Shown one piece after another: positions 59,578 to 64,000 of a stretch of DNA of 64,000 nt. The notes under the pieces were generated by a model that worked only from the letters and a program-made list of their open reading frames with translations, had not been told where the DNA came from and searched no databases. Every line of letters starts with the position of its first letter. The first letter of the stretch is position 1. Origin of the DNA: Candidatus Latescibacterota bacterium (GTDB lineage: Bacteria > Latescibacterota > UBA2968 > UBA8231); assembly GCA_963422735.1 (NCBI GenBank), contig OY730476.1:1824001-1888000 (forward strand), read 5' to 3'. The translations under genes and the position numbers were made by a program.

Positions 59578-61215
59578 ATGGCCACATCATACCGCGACAT
59601 CCTAGAGCACATCCGCCGCGCCTTCCCCCAACCGGTATCCGATCCCGTTCACGATTCTTATTTCGTGCATTCCATCATGCGCGCCTTGGACCAAGTCGAT
59701 GCCCTCAAGATGCAGTTGCCGATCCTCGGCCCGGTCGTCCCTAGTGATTTCGAGGAGGCGCGAAACGCCACCCTGCCGGCGACGGTGTCTTCGGTCGAGG
59801 CAGTCACCTCAGAACTGGTGGGCTATCTGCGCGGCATGACCATATCCAGTCATCCCCGCACCCAACAAAACGTCATCGCGCCCCCGACCATTCCCAGCCT
59901 CATCGGCGTCCTGCTCGCCTCGTTGCACAACCCCAACATCGCTTGGGATGAATACAGCCGCCTCGTCGCCTTGGCCGAAGTTGAAGCGGTCGGCATCACC
60001 GCGCGGTTGGTTGGCTACGACCCACAACAAGCCAGCGGCGCGTTTACCTTTGGCGGGACGGGCACCACGCTCTATGGGGTAAAAATCGGCTTGGAAAAGG
60101 CTTGTCCGCAGGCCATGCAGACGGGCGTATCCGACGACGTGGTAGTATTCGTATCCGACGCCGGGCACTATTGCGCCCACAACATCGTCGGGTGGCTCGG
60201 CATCGGCACCGACCAGTTGCTCACCATTCCGACTACAGCCGAGAACGAAATCGACCTCGCGCAGCTAGCGGATGCGGCGCGGGAGAGCTTGGCCAATGGG
60301 AAAAAGATCGCCGCCATTATTGCGACGATGGGGACTACGGATGCGTTCGGATTGGACGACTTGCAGACGATTGCGGCCTTGCGCGACTCGCTAGTCGATG
60401 AATTCCAACTGGCCTACCGCCCACACATTCACGCCGACTCGGTCATTGGCTGGGTGTGGTCGGTGTTCAACGACTACGATTTTAAGGACAACTCCTTGGG
60501 GTTTCAGCCGCGGACCCTCCGCGCCCTCGCCGGGGCGTGCCGGCGCATCCGCCATCTGGCGCTGGCCGACTCCATGGGCATCGACTTCCACAAGACCGGC
60601 TTTGCTCCGTATATCTCCAGCCTCGTCCTCGTCAAAGAGCGGGCGGATTTGCAGCTACTGATGCGCGACCCGCAACAGATGCCGTACCTCTATCACTTTG
60701 GCGACCATCGCCCCGGCATGTACACCCTCGAAACGTCTAGGGCTGGGACCGGCCCGCTGACTGCGCTGGCCAACTTTCGCTTTTTCGGCGAGCAAGGGTT
60801 GCGCGTCGCACTCGGGCACATTGTCGAGATGACCCAGCTTTTGCGCGAGCACCTCGAAGGACACGAAGCCATCACCGTGCTCAACCGCGACAACTTTGGC
60901 GCGGTGACGCTCTTTCGGGTCTATCCACCCGATGTGGATACTTTTGCGATTAAGCGCCAAGAATTCGACGACCCGGCCTATCGGGAAACGCTGCTAGCCC
61001 ACAACGACTACAACCGCAAAATTTTCGAGTACGTGCATGCGGAGGCCATGGCCGGACGCGGGGTCGTCATTTCCTCGACCGACTGCTACCGGCACACCCA
61101 ATATCAAGAACCCATTGTCGCGCTGAAGTCGTACATCATATCGCCATTTGTCGATGAAGATCACATCCGCGCCGTGGTGGCTAAGGTCTTGGAAGCGAGG
61201 GAAAAGTTCGTCTGA
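59578..61215 (+). CDS. group II PLP-dependent amino acid decarboxylase
   Basis: FTFGGT, ATMGTT, HIHAD, DFHK (PLP lysine). Confidence 0.88.
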   Translation: MATSYRDILEHIRRAFPQPVSDPVHDSYFVHSIMRALDQVDALKMQLPILGPVVPSDFEEARNATLPATVSSVEAVTSELVGYLRGMTISSHPRTQQNVIAPPTIPSLIGVLLASLHNPNIAWDEYSRLVALAEVEAVGITARLVGYDPQQASGAFTFGGTGTTLYGVKIGLEKACPQAMQTGVSDDVVVFVSDAGHYCAHNIVGWLGIGTDQLLTIPTTAENEIDLAQLADAARESLANGKKIAAIIATMGTTDAFGLDDLQTIAALRDSLVDEFQLAYRPHIHADSVIGWVWSVFNDYDFKDNSLGFQPRTLRALAGACRRIRHLALADSMGIDFHKTGFAPYISSLVLVKERADLQLLMRDPQQMPYLYHFGDHRPGMYTLETSRAGTGPLTALANFRFFGEQGLRVALGHIVEMTQLLREHLEGHEAITVLNRDNFGAVTLFRVYPPDVDTFAIKRQEFDDPAYRETLLAHNDYNRKIFEYVHAEAMAGRGVVISSTDCYRHTQYQEPIVALKSYIISPFVDEDHIRAVVAKVLEAREKFV

Positions 61216-61388
61216 AGCCGCCGCTATTTTTTTTTTGCGCCGCCACTGCGGGAGCGTCGAGAGGATATTCCACTGTCGGCGTCGCACTTTGTGAGTCAGT
61301 ATCTCGTGTTTTCAATCCTCCCGATGTCGCCTTACCAAGGAGCTGTACCGCCGCTTGGTCGGGGACAGGGCTTGCGGATGATATTGTA

Positions 61389-61621
61389 TTGTGATACCGC
61401 CATCGCAAGACGCTTGAAGCCATCTGCTCAGATCTAGTATCGTCCAATATCACGTGGCGGCGTATCGAAAGCCTGCTCGTTGCCATCGGCTGCGAGATGA
61501 TCGAAGGCAGCGGATCTCGGTGGCCTTCAAAAGCGGTGCGCATCGGGCTGATTTTCACCGGCCTCCTCTAGGCCAGGTGCATGCGGTCCGTGAGTTTCTG
61601 AATCAATTGGAGATTAGATAA
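61389..61621 (+). pseudogene. hicA: hicA toxin remnant
   Basis: RHRKTLEAI...ITWRRIESLLVAIGCEMIEGSGSR/..F...ADFHRP...VREFLNQLEIR*; start lost, frameshifted. Confidence 0.8.
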
Positions 61622-61849
61622 CGGAATTTCCTAGTTTACGGTTGGGCATTCCGGTTTCATTTAGGCGGTTTCACTCGGCTGGCCCGTAGCCCTCGTCCGG
61701 GCCAGCGCAGTCCCCCGCGTCAATGTGCCGGGGCCCGTCGCCGGGTACCCGCCGCCAAGGGGGCGGATGGGACTAACCACTGATCACTAATCACTAACCA
61801 CTAACCACTGATCACTAACCACTAACCACTGATCACTAACCACTAACCA
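61622..61849. mobile_element. MITE family B, second copy lacking right TIR
   Basis: 151 bp collinear with 14196-14346 (8 substitutions, no indels), followed by the heptamer array. Confidence 0.88.
61773..61849 (+). repeat. heptamer tandem array, 11 units with 21-bp higher-order period
   Basis: CTAACCA/CTGATCA/CTAATCA units; (CTAACCA CTAACCA CTGATCA) recurs. Confidence 0.95.
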
Positions 61850-61850
61850 C

Positions 61851-61961
61851 TTGCGCGTCGCCCCCGAAGTACACGCGGCACTAGCCACCGCGGCAGAAAT
61901 CAGCGGCCAGAGCATCAATCAATGGGCTGCCGAGAGGCTGTCAGAGGCAGTCAACGACTAA
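61851..61961 (+). pseudogene. hicB: hicB C-terminal (RHH) remnant
   Basis: LRVAPEVHAALATAAEISGQSINQWAAERL. Confidence 0.8.
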
Positions 61962-61984
61962 GGGAACGCTCTGGATTGCACCAA

Positions 61985-63358
61985 TTACGCATTGGATTGG
62001 TTGCTCCTGTCTAGCGCATCCCCGATTTCGCGGATGGCCTGTTCCAGCTTGCTCAAGCGCTCGTTGGTGTCTTTTATGTCTTCTTGAATTCTCGTCGCGA
62101 TCTCGACCTGCTCTTCGAGCTCCTCGACCTTCAAGGAGTCCTCGTCGCTGACGAGGATGCTGGTCAGCGTAGCCGTAAAAACCCCCACCAGAACCATGCC
62201 CGTAATCACCAGAAAAACCGTGAGGACTTTGCCCCAAGCAGTCTGGGGGTTGTGGATGTCGGCGTACCCGCCAGTGACCAGCGTCGTAAAGCTCCACCAA
62301 AGACTCGCCCAGAATCCCGAACCAGACTCCATGCGCTCCAAGCCCATGAAAATGCAGGCCCCAAACACGAGCGATAACAAGCCGTACAGCAGGGACCGCT
62401 TGAGGAGCCGCACGTCCAATGTGGAGCTTAAGTGATCCATGCCGCGCCAGAAAAACAGCGCGATGCGGAACACTCGCAACGCCCGCAAAATCCGCATGGC
62501 TCTCAGCAGACGCCCAAGGCGAACAAATTCCAATTGGCCGGACGCGGCAATAACTTGCACCGGGGGCAGTGGAATGGACGTTATGAAGTCGATCCAGTTG
62601 CGCTTCCAGTACCACTTTTTGGACGCGGCGAGGGTGTGTTCAAAAAAGAAGTTGACCATAAAAAGGGTACAGCAGACTAAGTCGACGATCCAGAACAGCC
62701 ACAACTTGCCGACCGCAAAGTGGGGCGCGATCTCCACTGTGGGACTGACGTAGTGTTCGCCGGCCTCAATGACTTCCACTTGAGTTAGCTTGCCGGCAAC
62801 GACCTGCCCAATGACCAAGGCACCAGATCCCACTGCGTCCGCTATTTCAACATTCACCCGCTCGTACCCGGTGCCCTCATTCAGAACGACGACTCGGCGT
62901 ATCTGACCGTCCTCGACTTCGGCTTGGGCAACGGCCCCACCGCCCGTGGCCCCAATGCCGAGCAAGTCAACGACCAGAATGCCAATGATAAAGAGAATGA
63001 GAAAGAAGATGATCATGTCTTTGACCACTACCCTTTTGGCACTTCCCAGTACCCGCGCTTGTTCGTTCATCAGATGCTTTTTTTGTCGTACCTCCTCGAG
63101 GAGGGCGACCTTGTCCAACAACTTCTCTTTTTCGGCGTTTAGCTTGGCGATCTGCGATTCAGCTTTATCCAGATTCAGTTCGTACTGGCCGTGCCTTTTG
63201 CTCAAATGGACCGTTTCTACCTTTTCGATCATTTCGTCGAGTTCTTTTTCTGCGTCGGCTAGCTGATGATCAATCCTACCTATCTCCTGCATTACCACGT
63301 CCTTCATCTTGGTAATGCGTTCGAGAGAGCACAACTCCAGTCGCTTTGATAATGACAT
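61985..63358 (-). CDS. 6TM voltage-gated ion channel family protein (Kv-like) with atypical filter and S1-S2 insertion
   Basis: S3 NWIDFITSIP; S4 RLGRLLRAMRILRALRVFR; pore WWSFTTLVTGGYAD; S6 GKVLTVFLVITG; start MSLSK after AGGA. Confidence 0.88.
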   Translation of the reverse strand: MSLSKRLELCSLERITKMKDVVMQEIGRIDHQLADAEKELDEMIEKVETVHLSKRHGQYELNLDKAESQIAKLNAEKEKLLDKVALLEEVRQKKHLMNEQARVLGSAKRVVVKDMIIFFLILFIIGILVVDLLGIGATGGGAVAQAEVEDGQIRRVVVLNEGTGYERVNVEIADAVGSGALVIGQVVAGKLTQVEVIEAGEHYVSPTVEIAPHFAVGKLWLFWIVDLVCCTLFMVNFFFEHTLAASKKWYWKRNWIDFITSIPLPPVQVIAASGQLEFVRLGRLLRAMRILRALRVFRIALFFWRGMDHLSSTLDVRLLKRSLLYGLLSLVFGACIFMGLERMESGSGFWASLWWSFTTLVTGGYADIHNPQTAWGKVLTVFLVITGMVLVGVFTATLTSILVSDEDSLKVEELEEQVEIATRIQEDIKDTNERLSKLEQAIREIGDALDRSNQSNA

Positions 63359-63416
63359 AGTACGTCGTCCTGTGTGGTTGCGTTCTGACCTACCCCTAGC
63401 CCCCAGGGGGAACGGC

Positions 63417-64000
63417 TTAGAACAACCCCTTGATCTGTCCTGCGTCGTCGAGGTCAATCGACTCGGCCGAGGGCTTCTTAGGCAGGCCAGGCATCGTCAT
63501 AATATCTCCCGTCAGCACCACCACAAAGCCGGCCCCAGCGGAGACTTTGACGTCGCGCACCGGCACGTCAAAGCCGCGCGGCCGTCCCTTGAGGCCGGGA
63601 TCGGTCGATAGCGAGTACTGAGTCTTGGCTATGCAGACGGGCAGGTTGCCGTAGCCTTCGTCCTCCAGCCGCCTGAATTTGCTCCGCAGCATCTTGTCTC
63701 CCATGATGTCGTCGGCGCCGTAGACGGCTTGGGCGACGGTGCGGACCTTGTCCCAAAGCCGCATGTCGTCGGGATAGAGCAGCTTAAAATCGCTCTGCGT
63801 GTTTTCGGCTACCTGCACCACGGTGCGGGCGAGATCCTCGGCTCCCGCGCCGCCACGAGCGTGGTGATCGGCGGAGACGATCTCAACTCCGAGGTGAGCG
63901 CACTTGTCGTGGATGCACTGGATCTCGGCGTCGGTATCCGTGGCGAAGGCATTGACCGCTACGACGACGGGCAAGCCGAAAAGGCGGATGTTTTCGATGT
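63417..64000 (-). CDS. fhs: formate--tetrahydrofolate ligase, C-terminal part (5' end outside window)
   Basis: PVVVAVN.F.TD, LPVCIAKTQYS, GAGFVV..TGDIMTMPGLPK.P, I.GLF. Confidence 0.95.
   Translation of the reverse strand, partial: IENIRLFGLPVVVAVNAFATDTDAEIQCIHDKCAHLGVEIVSADHHARGGAGAEDLARTVVQVAENTQSDFKLLYPDDMRLWDKVRTVAQAVYGADDIMGDKMLRSKFRRLEDEGYGNLPVCIAKTQYSLSTDPGLKGRPRGFDVPVRDVKVSAGAGFVVVLTGDIMTMPGLPKKPSAESIDLDDAGQIKGLF

Noticed and set aside
61773-61849. Heptamer arrays as CRISPR
   Set aside because: No 23-47 bp repeats with unique spacers and no cas genes.

Overview
A GC-rich chromosomal window from a diderm bacterium (TamB/Omp85 and TonB-dependent receptor genes present). The large number of PhyH dioxygenases, enolase-superfamily dehydratases, SDRs and amidohydrolases suggests a Latescibacterota/Poribacteria-like marine or host-associated heterotroph, but this is inference only. 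Housekeeping genes are ilvD, ssrA, pdxST, pheA, pnuC, ino1, dusB, uppS-cdsA-rseP-queG, ftsY and fhs. Four things stand out. (1) Two families of non-coding miniature inverted-repeat elements; one has perfect 13-bp TIRs and an 8-bp target duplication, and both carry the same variable-length, telomere-like heptamer array CT(A/G)A(C/T)C(A/C). (2) A 6TM voltage-gated-type channel with a non-canonical TGGYAD filter and a phage-structural-like beta-repeat insert between S1 and S2. (3) A Zn-finger/SF1 helicase/DUF559 nuclease gene next to the tmRNA 3' end, split by a single in-frame TAG. (4) Many gene remnants, especially decayed toxin-antitoxin modules. No CRISPR array, rRNA, tRNA, integrase or transposase was seen. 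All calls come from reading motifs by eye; no database searches were run.
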